Part shown: piece by piece, positions 20,955 to 31,031 of the stretch
How the letters are laid out: every line of letters starts with the position of its first letter
Numbering within the stretch: position 1 is the first letter of the stretch
Assembly (NCBI GenBank): GCA_949289635.1
Contig: CASEOS010000002.1
Span: forward strand, 5,418-69,417
DNA length: 64,000 nt
From: an uncultured Eubacteriales bacterium
GTDB taxonomy: Bacteria > Bacillota > Clostridia > TANB77 > CAG-508
Reading direction: 5' to 3'
The notes under the pieces: generated by a model
Seen by the model: the letters and a program-made list of their open reading frames with translations, nothing else
The model's database searches: none
What the model was told of the DNA's origin: nothing
Made by a program: the position numbers and the translations under genes

Positions 20955-23900
20955 TTGAGTAATGTACTTATGAAATTATTATCAGTTATAACAGTGATTA
21001 TACTATGTTTATTTAATATATTACCAACAGTTCAAGCAGCAGTACTGGCAGAAAAAAATAATATTGTACAAGAAGAAGGAATAACTAATGAAAATCTAAA
21101 AGAAACAGAAGAAAATATTGATAAACAAGTTGAACAAAAGGAAAATAATTTTAAAATTATGTTGGCAAATATTTTAGATTCTAATAATAGTGAATTGACA
21201 TTTGACGAGGTTTCTGCTATAAATCTAGATATATTAGAAGAAAAGGGTATATGGATACAAGAAGATTCAAGAGAATATGTAGTTAATTTAATAAATGCTT
21301 TGACAAACAAGATTTATGAGGTAGATGAAAATGGATTTTTAATAGAAGATATTGAAAACGAAAAAAGTGAACAAGAACAAAATTCTCAATTTGAATTTTA
21401 TACAGAAAAAATTGATGAATTATTGAATTCAAATAAACTTATAGTAATTTCCATTAACAATACATATAAGCAATTAAATGAGATAGATCAAGATATTATT
21501 GATATAAAAATGGAAGAAGATGAATATACCTTATTATTTAAAGAAAATGATAATGATGAAGAAAGTAACGACATTATTGTTTTAAACTCAGAAATATATA
21601 ATCAAGATAATAATGAAAATACAATAGCATTTCTATTAAATAAAATATTAGAAGTATATTATAATGAAGATGAAGATTTTAATACTTTTATAGAAAATAC
21701 AGAATTTATTGATAGTAGAGGTACATATAAAGAAATTATCGAAGAAGAAGAAAATAAAACAAATAATATTGAGGAAAATGTTACAGAAGAAAGCAATCAG
21801 ATAGAGGAAAATACCATTACTGAAGAAAATGCAATAGATATAAATGTTGCAGACGAAGAAATTGAACAAAATAATTCATTTGATGACTCTGTAACTGAAG
21901 CTAATTTTAATGTGATAGTATCAGGAGTTCTTTCTGATAATGTCAATGAGAATAACATATCAGAAATCTTAATTAATAAGCCAAATGGTACAGGAATTTG
22001 GATTGAACAAAATTCTAGAGAGAAATTTTTAGATTTTTTAAATAAACATACTATTTATACATATTCAGTTGATTCAGAGGGATATCTAGTATGTGACAAT
22101 GTTATGAAAGACAATCCAGATTTAGATATGTATGAAAAGATGGAAACAGAGGTTGACATTGAAATAAAAAATATATTAAATAAAAATGTATTAATAATTA
22201 TAGATGTATCAAGTACATATTTATCATACAATGAAAATAACCAAATTGTTGAAAACCAATTACAAAATAGTGATTATGTAAAAACTTTTTCATATGATAA
22301 TCAAAGAGTAGTTATTCTTAATGAAGAATATTATTCAATAGCTGAATATAATTTAGCACTTTCAGATTATTTTGTTAAATCTTTGGACAATATTCAAGAA
22401 AAAGTAATTACAGGAGAATTAACATTTAATAAACAACCATTAACAAGATCTGACACAAGTAAACCAGGAAATATGTTATCTACTCAAACAGTATATGCTG
22501 GACCAGCAAGCAGTAATTACGCTACGGTAGGAAGCGTAAGTAGTGGTGAGATGGTTTACTTATTAGGGCAACAAGCAGGTTGGTATCATATACAATATAT
22601 GGTTACAGGTACTTCACAACAAAAGTCAGGCTTTGTACCAGTATCAACTGTAAATAATAATGGACATTCTGTTCATGAAGAACAAATGACAGGAGGACAA
22701 AATTTTGCTAATGCAACAGTAAATATTATGAGTTGTGATGATACTGATATAGATGTATCCTTAGGAACTGTCTATGCAGGTGAAGGTATGACAGTATTAT
22801 ATACATATGGTTATTCAGATGCTAACAAATCATATAATATAGCTTATGTCGAAATAAGTACACCTAGTGGAACAAAAAGAGGATATATTCCATCAAGTTA
22901 TTTAGCTGGTATAAATTATCCAAGCAGTGTGGCAAGAATAACAGATACTAATTCAGCATATAGTGGACCAGATAATAGTTATGTAAAATTAGGAGGAGCA
23001 TACTATAATGAATTTGTTACAATATTAGCAAAAAACACAGGTAATAACTGGGTGTGGGTAGAATATAATACACCAGATGGAAGAAAAAGAGGATTTATGG
23101 ATTATGCTAAAATGGTAAATTATAATCATCCAGGAATGTATAATGATTTACCAGTTAATAGTGGTTTAAGAAAGGCAACAGAGCAACTAACAGTATATGG
23201 TGGTCCAAGTACTAATGCAGCTAATATAGGATTAATTTATAGTCAAGAAATTGTTACACTTTATAATACGGAGAGAAATTTTGCATATATTGAATATAGT
23301 ACTAGTGGAGGTGCAAAAAGAGGATATGTAGACTTAAATAAATTAGTAGTTGCAAATCCACCATCAATTCCTAATATTCAAGCATATAGTTTTGAACCTG
23401 GAACATATGGAAATAGTGGATTGGGAAAAGAATTAAAGTACTATAAACTAGGAAAAGGAAAGAATGTTGCTTTTGTGGTATTTGAACAACATGGATGGGA
23501 AGATGCATGGGCATATGACGGAATAGAATTAGTAAATATTGCACAAAAAGTAATACAAGATTTATCCTCTACAGGAATTTCAAGTAACTGGACTTTATAT
23601 ATAATACCATATGCAAATCCAGATGGAATTACAGATGGGCATACAAATAATGGTCCAGGAAGATGTACAGTTAGTTCAAAAGTTGATATGAATAGATGTT
23701 GGCCTGCTAACTTTACACCTTATTATAATGATAGAAATTATACAGGAGCAACACCTTTAGCAGCGGTTGAAGCACAACAATTAAAAAAATTTATAGAAGG
23801 ACATATGGGCAATGGTAAAAAAATAATTTTAGACATTCACGGATGGTTGAATCAAACTTATGGAGATTCAGAAGTGGCTAGTTACTTTACAAGTCAATTT

Positions 23901-25199
23901 GGATTTGGTCATTCATCAACTTATGGTTCAGGTTATCTAGAAACATGGGGAAAATCTATAGGTGCACAATCTTGTTTAGTAGAACTTCCTATGCCAAGTT
24001 CTTCAGCAGATATTACTAATAGAAATTATGCAGGAAAAGTTTCTAATGCAATACGAAATATGCTAAACGGAATAGAAGGTAGTATCGAGGAAGGTGGAAC
24101 AGAAGTAAATGAAAAGGTAAAAGTAACAGCCAATGGTTCTTTAAATGTAAGAGGAGGACCAGGAATTGGTTATTCAATCATTGCATCTTTGTCAGAAGGA
24201 ACAATAGTTACTAGAATTAAAAGAGGGGTTGCTACGGCAAACGGATACACGTGGGATAAAATTAGGTTAGATAATGGAACAGAAGGATATGTAGCTACTA
24301 ATTATCTAGCTTTAGTGATAGAAACTCCAACTGTGGTAACAGGAGAATATAACGGAGGAAGTGCATCTTTTTCAACAGCAATGAATGTATCAGATATTCC
24401 AGTGGTTGAGGAGGAAAGAGTAGAAATAGTAAAAAGTGAAGCGGAAGCTGGAAATCGAATATATGAATCTAATTTAACTGAGCATATCATAACTGATTCG
24501 ACATTATCAAACATAAGATCAGTAGTACTTTCATGTGCTGGAATAGCTGCAATGGTGGAAGAATTAGAAATGGGAGATGCTGGTGAAAATATGATGTATT
24601 ATTTAACTAAAGGTGCAGAAGGAAAAGTAAACGGAGAAGAAACTAGTTATACGGTATCACCATATCAATCAGGACATGTAAGAAGAGAATTTATTGGTTT
24701 ACATCTTATTGCCGATTCTAGCCAAGCATATAACAATATGTTAGATGAAATTGGTAGAGCAATGGATGCGGCAGAACAATATACTGTTAATGGTAATAAC
24801 TCAGCAACTTTTGTTAGAACTACTGAACAAGTTGTTAGACAACAAGATAAAAATAATGACACGACTAATTGGTTAATAGGATTAGGTGATTATAGAACTT
24901 TTACAAAATCTACAGTTACAAAAAGTGGAAACTCATATACGATGAATTTAGAATTTCATATAGAAGATTATTATGATTGGAGAGAAGAAGATGAGAATTT
25001 TGCATTATTAGCTTTAGCACAAAGAGCATATGAAGAAGGATTGTTAGATACTGTATTTGTAGCAGCATCTTCTCCTCTATGGCAAATGAATATTGTTGGT
25101 ATGGCAAGAAATTATACTAATTATGATGTATTAAATTTAAAAGTTACATGGTCAGAAGGTCAGGACGTGAGAAATGGAGCAACAGTTGTATTTAATTAA
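20955..25199 (+). CDS. Large secreted multidomain protein: 2 N-terminal repeats, 4 SH3-like repeats, M14 zinc carboxypeptidase, SH3b, unknown C-terminal domain
   Basis: HGWE, NPDG, VDMNRCW, DIHG, VELP M14 motifs; LNVRGGPG SH3b. Confidence 0.85.
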   Translation: MSNVLMKLLSVITVIILCLFNILPTVQAAVLAEKNNIVQEEGITNENLKETEENIDKQVEQKENNFKIMLANILDSNNSELTFDEVSAINLDILEEKGIWIQEDSREYVVNLINALTNKIYEVDENGFLIEDIENEKSEQEQNSQFEFYTEKIDELLNSNKLIVISINNTYKQLNEIDQDIIDIKMEEDEYTLLFKENDNDEESNDIIVLNSEIYNQDNNENTIAFLLNKILEVYYNEDEDFNTFIENTEFIDSRGTYKEIIEEEENKTNNIEENVTEESNQIEENTITEENAIDINVADEEIEQNNSFDDSVTEANFNVIVSGVLSDNVNENNISEILINKPNGTGIWIEQNSREKFLDFLNKHTIYTYSVDSEGYLVCDNVMKDNPDLDMYEKMETEVDIEIKNILNKNVLIIIDVSSTYLSYNENNQIVENQLQNSDYVKTFSYDNQRVVILNEEYYSIAEYNLALSDYFVKSLDNIQEKVITGELTFNKQPLTRSDTSKPGNMLSTQTVYAGPASSNYATVGSVSSGEMVYLLGQQAGWYHIQYMVTGTSQQKSGFVPVSTVNNNGHSVHEEQMTGGQNFANATVNIMSCDDTDIDVSLGTVYAGEGMTVLYTYGYSDANKSYNIAYVEISTPSGTKRGYIPSSYLAGINYPSSVARITDTNSAYSGPDNSYVKLGGAYYNEFVTILAKNTGNNWVWVEYNTPDGRKRGFMDYAKMVNYNHPGMYNDLPVNSGLRKATEQLTVYGGPSTNAANIGLIYSQEIVTLYNTERNFAYIEYSTSGGAKRGYVDLNKLVVANPPSIPNIQAYSFEPGTYGNSGLGKELKYYKLGKGKNVAFVVFEQHGWEDAWAYDGIELVNIAQKVIQDLSSTGISSNWTLYIIPYANPDGITDGHTNNGPGRCTVSSKVDMNRCWPANFTPYYNDRNYTGATPLAAVEAQQLKKFIEGHMGNGKKIILDIHGWLNQTYGDSEVASYFTSQFGFGHSSTYGSGYLETWGKSIGAQSCLVELPMPSSSADITNRNYAGKVSNAIRNMLNGIEGSIEEGGTEVNEKVKVTANGSLNVRGGPGIGYSIIASLSEGTIVTRIKRGVATANGYTWDKIRLDNGTEGYVATNYLALVIETPTVVTGEYNGGSASFSTAMNVSDIPVVEEERVEIVKSEAEAGNRIYESNLTEHIITDSTLSNIRSVVLSCAGIAAMVEELEMGDAGENMMYYLTKGAEGKVNGEETSYTVSPYQSGHVRREFIGLHLIADSSQAYNNMLDEIGRAMDAAEQYTVNGNNSATFVRTTEQVVRQQDKNNDTTNWLIGLGDYRTFTKSTVTKSGNSYTMNLEFHIEDYYDWREEDENFALLALAQRAYEEGLLDTVFVAASSPLWQMNIVGMARNYTNYDVLNLKVTWSEGQDVRNGATVVFN

Positions 25200-25219
25200 T
25201 AGTTGAAGGAGGAGTCTGT

Positions 25220-25906
25220 GTGAAAAAGATAATAGCGATAATAACTGGAATTATACTAATTATTGTTACTGGACTTATATGTATAAGATTTTGGAATAAT
25301 GATGTAAAAAATGGGGGAACAATAAGTACAGACGAAAATATAATACATACAGAGTTAGATATGGAACAAGCTGAAGCAACATTAAATACAGGGGATAAGG
25401 AAACAACTAAAGCAACTGTTAACGGAGAAGAAATATCGCAATTGGACTTGAATTATCAAAAACTGATAAATGAGAATTCTAAGACAGAAAAAAGCAATGA
25501 TAATATATTAGAACAATGTATAAGAAATGAAGTTATATTGCAGGAATGTGAAAAAAATGATATGGGGATAGATGAAGAAGAAAAACAAATAGTAAGAGAA
25601 TATTATTCTGGTTCATATACTGATGAAGATGATAAAATTGCAAAAGCTTTAGGAATGACAAAAGAAGAATACTGTAAAACGGCCATACAAAAAATTATTG
25701 ATAATAGAAATGTGGCGGAGTTTCATAACAAAATTTTTATGAAAATTTTAAGAGATGAAATTGCAATAGATAGTCAAAGTTATAATGCAAAAGTAGAGCA
25801 GGCTAAAAATACAAGTGAAGCAAATGAAAAAATTGATATATATGAAGAAGCTTATAATGAATATATAAACTACTTAATGGAAAGAAGTGAAATAATTATA
25901 AAATAA
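25220..25906 (+). CDS. Membrane-anchored SurA N-terminal-like protein
   Basis: TM; ATVNGEEI...LEQCIRNEVILQE...LGMTKEEY. Confidence 0.6.
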   Translation: MKKIIAIITGIILIIVTGLICIRFWNNDVKNGGTISTDENIIHTELDMEQAEATLNTGDKETTKATVNGEEISQLDLNYQKLINENSKTEKSNDNILEQCIRNEVILQECEKNDMGIDEEEKQIVREYYSGSYTDEDDKIAKALGMTKEEYCKTAIQKIIDNRNVAEFHNKIFMKILRDEIAIDSQSYNAKVEQAKNTSEANEKIDIYEEAYNEYINYLMERSEIIIK

Positions 25907-25931
25907 TTTAATATTTGAATGGGGAGATAGT

Positions 25932-26090
25932 GTGAAAGAAGAAAATGACAATAGATTCACCAAAATAATATATATCATTATTTTCATTATATTAATAATT
26001 TTAGTATTAATTATATTATATATATTATTAATATTGTTTAGACCAGATATAGCATTATTTATATATTTACTTATTATGATGAATATTTAG
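25932..26090 (+). CDS. Small hydrophobic membrane peptide (52 aa)
   Basis: GGGGAG RBS, GTG start, highly hydrophobic. Confidence 0.45.
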   Translation: MKEENDNRFTKIIYIIIFIILIILVLIILYILLILFRPDIALFIYLLIMMNI

Positions 26091-26293
26091 AATTAAATTG
26101 TAATAAGTGTATAATTTATAAACAAAGGAATATGTTATAATTCATAAGATTTTCAATAACTTATAGGAAGAAAAAAATGTTCAACGAAGTTATTAATATA
26201 TTCATATAATAAAAAATTACATATGAAGTAGAGTATTTAACATTAATGCTCTACTTTATATAAGATACTAAGATTGTTTAAGAGAGGTAATAT

Positions 26294-26977
26294 ATGAAAA
26301 AGAGAATAGTTATAATTACTGTAAGTATAGTAATAATTTTGATACTTATAATTGTTGGAGTAATAGTTTATAATAAATTAGGAGAAGATTCAAATAATAA
26401 TGATAATATCGTAAACATGAAAAACCAACCACAAGTTTCAAGTGATTCTACACAATTAGCAATAGAAGATAAAGATATGGAAATGAAAGAAAGAGAATTA
26501 GACCAAAAGATGAAAAGTATTTTATATGGTATATTAAACTATAGTGGAGAAATAGAAGAAGAATATAATGAAGAAAAAGTTAACGAATCAATAAATAAAT
26601 TTAAAACAAAAAATGGTATATATATATCAGAAAAGGCGAGAGACAAGATATTAACCTTAATAGATAATGTGACAAACTTGGATTACCAAATAGATGCAGA
26701 TGGATATCTAATAAGTAAAGGAAATGTAGAAAATGAATATGCCAAACAAATAGAAAAAATTATAGCGGGAAATAAAAATGTAATAATAGACTATAATACA
26801 TATTATTATTGTATTTTAGGTAATAATATATGTACATTTAATATAGAAGAAAATCAATATTTACAGAAATTCACAAGTGATGATTTAACTATATTAATAC
26901 TAAATCCTGTAAAATATGAAGAAGAATATGAATCTGAGAAAGATTTGATTAATCAAATAATTAATAATGCTATATAA
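26294..26977 (+). CDS. Membrane-anchored protein homologous to the N-terminal repeat of the 1414-aa protein
   Basis: GIYISEKARDKIL..IDNVT...YQIDADGYL matches GIWIxxxSRxxxxxxxNxxTxxxYxVDxxGxL. Confidence 0.75.
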   Translation: MKKRIVIITVSIVIILILIIVGVIVYNKLGEDSNNNDNIVNMKNQPQVSSDSTQLAIEDKDMEMKERELDQKMKSILYGILNYSGEIEEEYNEEKVNESINKFKTKNGIYISEKARDKILTLIDNVTNLDYQIDADGYLISKGNVENEYAKQIEKIIAGNKNVIIDYNTYYYCILGNNICTFNIEENQYLQKFTSDDLTILILNPVKYEEEYESEKDLINQIINNAI

Positions 26978-27089
26978 ATTTATAATATTTATAACATAGC
27001 AATATGTAATATTTTTTTTTAAATACTTGCATATTGCTATTGCTATGTATTATATAATAGCTATATAACAAAAATAAAGGAGACTAATT

Positions 27090-27358
27090 ATGAATGGGAT
27101 AACTGATGCAGAAATGAATATATTAAATACTATATTTGAAAAATCACTAACTATGAGGGAAATTTCTATTAAAACTAAAAAAATATGAACACAGTTAAAA
27201 CTTTAGTTTATAGATTAATAAAAAAAGGATTTGTAAAATGTGAGAAAAATGATTATCCATGCAAATATCGTTCCAATTTAGGTAAATGTTTAATTATTTT
27301 TAAAAACGCAATATTTCTTTATTTTTCCAATTTTTTATTTATTAATTTAATAATATAA
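27090..27358 (+). pseudogene. BlaI/MecI-like repressor fragment, frameshifted in an A7 run
   Basis: ITDAEMNILNTIF...; NTVKTLVYRLIKKGFV continues in another frame after 27177-27183. Confidence 0.65.
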
Positions 27359-27537
27359 GGGTCTATTATAAATAGAATGACAGTATATATAATAAATGGA
27401 ATAAATAAAACTCCTAATCTAGCACTATCACTGACTAAATCAAATTTATCCACTAAGTAAAGACAACTTCTATTCAGAAAGTTAGCTATTATAATACTAA
27501 CAATAATAACTATTAAATCTATGACTATTTTTTTCAT
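27319..27537 (-). CDS. Small 2-TM hypothetical protein
   Basis: GGAG RBS, hydrophobic. Confidence 0.6.
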   Translation of the reverse strand: MKKIVIDLIVIIVSIIIANFLNRSCLYLVDKFDLVSDSARLGVLFIPFIIYTVILFIIDPYIIKLINKKLEK

Positions 27538-28206
27538 AAAATCACTCCATCAACTAACTTTTATTCAAAGCTTATATATATAAATTTTTTATTCATTTTA
27601 AATTTGCTAGTTCAAATATGTTTGCAAAATATATTATGTTTTACTATTTTATTGAAATAATTGTATCATACTTTTAAAAATTATTAAAGTTTCTTTTCCT
27701 TTTTTTAGTGGCTTTTTTAGGTACTTTCTTTGGTATATTACCAATATTTGTATTTTTAGTCCAATCAAGTTTGTAGTCATAAATTGAGCTATCCTTTAAT
27801 TTTTTTTAGCAAGTGGATATTCAGTACATCTCATTTTATCTAATAAAACTGATTATTACCTCTTTTTGATGATTTTATGTTATAAAATCCTATAAAAAAA
27901 AAGGTGAAAATTCACTAAATTTAATAAAATTATTCACCACTTTTGTGATTTTTTAATGAATTTATTAAAACATGGTAAACCTTAATAAACTTTAATAAAT
28001 TTTACAATATCTTTTAAAGTGCTTGATTTTAATAGTTTTATATGCTAAAATACATTTACAATGCATTATGAGACAGAAGAGTGTTATGTAAAAGGGGGAG
28101 ACTCCTCTATGGCGTACCATTACAAAAAAGTAAATCTAAATAAAAATAAAAGTATTAGATTTATTTTTTTGTTTTTAAATACAAATTATGTAAATTTTAA
28201 AAAGGG

Positions 28207-29166
28207 GTGAGAGATTTGCTAAGAATTTATAACACAAATATGGAAACAAATAAATTAGAAGAAATTAAGGAATTTAAAAAAGGAAGCTGGATTAATTTAG
28301 TAAATCCCTCCGAAAATGAAATTAAAAGAGTATGTGAAAGTATCAATATTCAAGAAGATTTTATTAGAGATGCCTTAGACTATGAAGAAAAGGCCAGAAT
28401 TGATACAGAAGAAGATGACAATACCATTCTTTTTGTAATTGATGTTCCAGTCATTGAGAAAAGTGAAGACAATGAAATGTATACAACTATGCCACTAGGA
28501 ATGATTGTAGTAAGAGATGACTTTTTTATAACGGTATCTTTAAGAAAAAATAAAATTATAGAAGATTTTGAAAAAAGAAAGATTAAAAATTTTCAAACAT
28601 ATAAAAAGACTAGATTTATTTTCCAAATCTTTTACATGAACTCATCATATTTCTTAAATTACCTAAAACAAATCAATAAAGAAACAGAAATTGCAGAATA
28701 TATTTTAAAAAATTCTATGAAAAATAAAGAATTATTAAAATTACTAAGTTTGGAAAAAGGTTTGGTATATTTTGCAACATCATTAAAATCAAATGAAATT
28801 GTCATGGAAAAAACTATGAGAGGAAAAATAGTAAAATTGTATGATGATGATGAAGATATACTAGAAGATGCCATCATTGAAAATAGACAGGCGATAGAAA
28901 TGGCTCAAATATATACAAATATCTTAAATGGAACAATGGATGCTTATGCTTCTATTATTTCCAATAACCTAAATGGAGTAATGAAATTTTTAACTTCTAT
29001 TACTATTGTACTAGCGATTCCTACAATGATATCAAGTTTTTGGGGAATGAATGTACAATTACCATTTGAAAATAGTCCGATAGGATTTATTATCATGGTA
29101 CTAATTGCAGTTGTATTAACTTTAGTGGTAACATGGTGGTTGAAGAGAAAAGATATGCTAAATTAA
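28207..29166 (+). CDS. corA: CorA family Mg2+/Co2+ transporter
   Basis: SFWGMNV signature, NNLNGVMKFLT. Confidence 0.95.
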   Translation: MRDLLRIYNTNMETNKLEEIKEFKKGSWINLVNPSENEIKRVCESINIQEDFIRDALDYEEKARIDTEEDDNTILFVIDVPVIEKSEDNEMYTTMPLGMIVVRDDFFITVSLRKNKIIEDFEKRKIKNFQTYKKTRFIFQIFYMNSSYFLNYLKQINKETEIAEYILKNSMKNKELLKLLSLEKGLVYFATSLKSNEIVMEKTMRGKIVKLYDDDEDILEDAIIENRQAIEMAQIYTNILNGTMDAYASIISNNLNGVMKFLTSITIVLAIPTMISSFWGMNVQLPFENSPIGFIIMVLIAVVLTLVVTWWLKRKDMLN

Positions 29167-29265
29167 AAAGGGAAATTGGGGACGGACTCATTTTTCCCTT
29201 TTTGTCCGTCCCTAAATCCTCTCAAAATGTCCAAAAAGAAACGTCCCCAAATTTCCTTTTTAATT
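29161..29265. repeat. GGGACG-type REPIN-like inverted repeat
   Basis: aattaaaaagggaaattggggacg ... cgtccccaaatttcctttttaatt. Confidence 0.75.
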
Positions 29266-30511
29266 CCTTTTTTAAAAAGGTATACATATTTTCTCCAATA
29301 GAAGTATCAGCCCCGGTTTCATACAAAGAAATTGTTTTATTTATATCTAATAATCTCATTTTTTTCGTACTTGCTGAAGAATCTTTATACATATAGATTG
29401 GTGTATAACTTACATTATCGATTGTAACAGATTCATCTGTGTGTTTCGTTATTTGCAAATCTAAAATAATAGAAGTTCTTGTGTTATCAGCATTTTGGTC
29501 GCTAATAAAATTTCCCAAAGAGTAAATAATAAAACCATCTTGAGTTGAACCATCTTCTAGAGTAACGGTTCTTTTTTCCATTTTCTGCAAAACATGAGGG
29601 TGTGTTCCTAAGATAATGTTGACACCGTTTTGGAAGAGAAAATCAGCTAATTCATTTTGTGTATCATTTGGAACTGTGCTATATTCTGTTCCCCAATGTA
29701 CAGAAACTACGATAATATCTGCCTCTTGTGATTTGGCGGTTTCGATATCTTTTTTTATTAATTCTTCATCAATCAAATTAATGCAGTAAGATTTGTCAGA
29801 TGGAATTGTTATTCCATTTGTTCCATAAGCATAATTTAAGAATGCAATTTTAATACCTTTTACATATTTAAAGACAATCGTATCTCGCTTTTCTTGTGTT
29901 TGATATGTACCTACATGAGTAATATCAGCTTTATCTAAAACATCAATGGTTCTAGATAATCCATCAAAACCATAATCTAAACTATGGTTTCCAGCAGTAG
30001 AAATAACATCAACTCCCAGTTTTTTTAAATTATATGCTAATGCATCAGGTGTATTAAATCTAGGATAATTACTATATCCTACATCTTCTCCTGCAAAGGT
30101 TGTTTCTAAATTAGCAACTGTAATATTAGAATTTTTTATATAATATTCAATATCTTCAAAAACATAAGAAAAATCATATTCACCAGTATCTGCATTATAT
30201 GCATCCATATATTGTGTATTATGACACATAATATCTCCGATAGCTGTCAAATGAAAAGTGGTATCCTCATTAGGATTTTGTATAGTATCATCAAGACCAT
30301 CTGTATCTTCTTCTACATGATTGGCAGTTTCTAAATATTGTTCTGTAATAGAATGATATTTAATCCAATTATTTACAATGTGAAATACCATAACAATTAA
30401 AAATACAGCGAGTAAGATGCATACAATTTTTATTAAAATATTTGTGATTTTTTTGGTATCATCTTGAATTATATTTTTACGATTTCTACTATTTCTTTGA
30501 TTTCTTCTCAA
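29222..30511 (-). CDS. CapA/PGA_cap family metallophosphatase
   Basis: GDIMCH, ANLET, AGNHSLDYG, HWGTEY, GTHPHVLQ, YSLGNF. Confidence 0.93.
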   Translation of the reverse strand: MRRNQRNSRNRKNIIQDDTKKITNILIKIVCILLAVFLIVMVFHIVNNWIKYHSITEQYLETANHVEEDTDGLDDTIQNPNEDTTFHLTAIGDIMCHNTQYMDAYNADTGEYDFSYVFEDIEYYIKNSNITVANLETTFAGEDVGYSNYPRFNTPDALAYNLKKLGVDVISTAGNHSLDYGFDGLSRTIDVLDKADITHVGTYQTQEKRDTIVFKYVKGIKIAFLNYAYGTNGITIPSDKSYCINLIDEELIKKDIETAKSQEADIIVVSVHWGTEYSTVPNDTQNELADFLFQNGVNIILGTHPHVLQKMEKRTVTLEDGSTQDGFIIYSLGNFISDQNADNTRTSIILDLQITKHTDESVTIDNVSYTPIYMYKDSSASTKKMRLLDINKTISLYETGADTSIGENMYTFLKKELKRKFGDVSFWTF

Positions 30512-30636
30512 ATATTTATCCTCCTAATATTCTTTACTACAAATTATCATAAAAAAGAAAAATTTTCAATAATTGTATAAATAAAAAGAAAAAAGGTTAA
30601 AATAATATAAAAATACGGTAAAAGGAGGAAAACAAA

Positions 30637-30825
30637 ATGAAAGTAATAGACAAAATTGCATTAGTTTTAATCATTATTGGTGCTCTTAACTGGGGATTAA
30701 TCGCATTATTCCAATTAGATTTAGTAGCACTAATATTTGGAGAAATGACAATTTGGTCAAGAATTGTGTATGGACTAGTAGGGTTATCTGGTCTATGGGG
30801 TATCAAGTTATTATTTGATGATTAA
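30637..30825 (+). CDS. DUF378 membrane protein
   Basis: IIGALNWGLI...DLV...YGLVGLSG. Confidence 0.9.
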   Translation: MKVIDKIALVLIIIGALNWGLIALFQLDLVALIFGEMTIWSRIVYGLVGLSGLWGIKLLFDD

Positions 30826-31031
30826 TATCAGATATTTTAGTGAATAAAAAATAAATTTGAAAGGGAATCTTGTATTCCCTTTTTTCCATACGTAAAATCC
30901 TTGAAAAATATGTAAAAATGGTATATAATACCAACGATAAAAATCTTAATTTGTTGTATATAAAAAAATGAGCAAAAGTTAGAATAAAAAATATTTTATA
31001 CAATAAAAAGTAAAAAGCCATAAAGAAAGGA

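Noticed and set aside
27540-27900. Possible gene remnant on the minus strand
   Set aside because: Multiple stops and no recognisable motif
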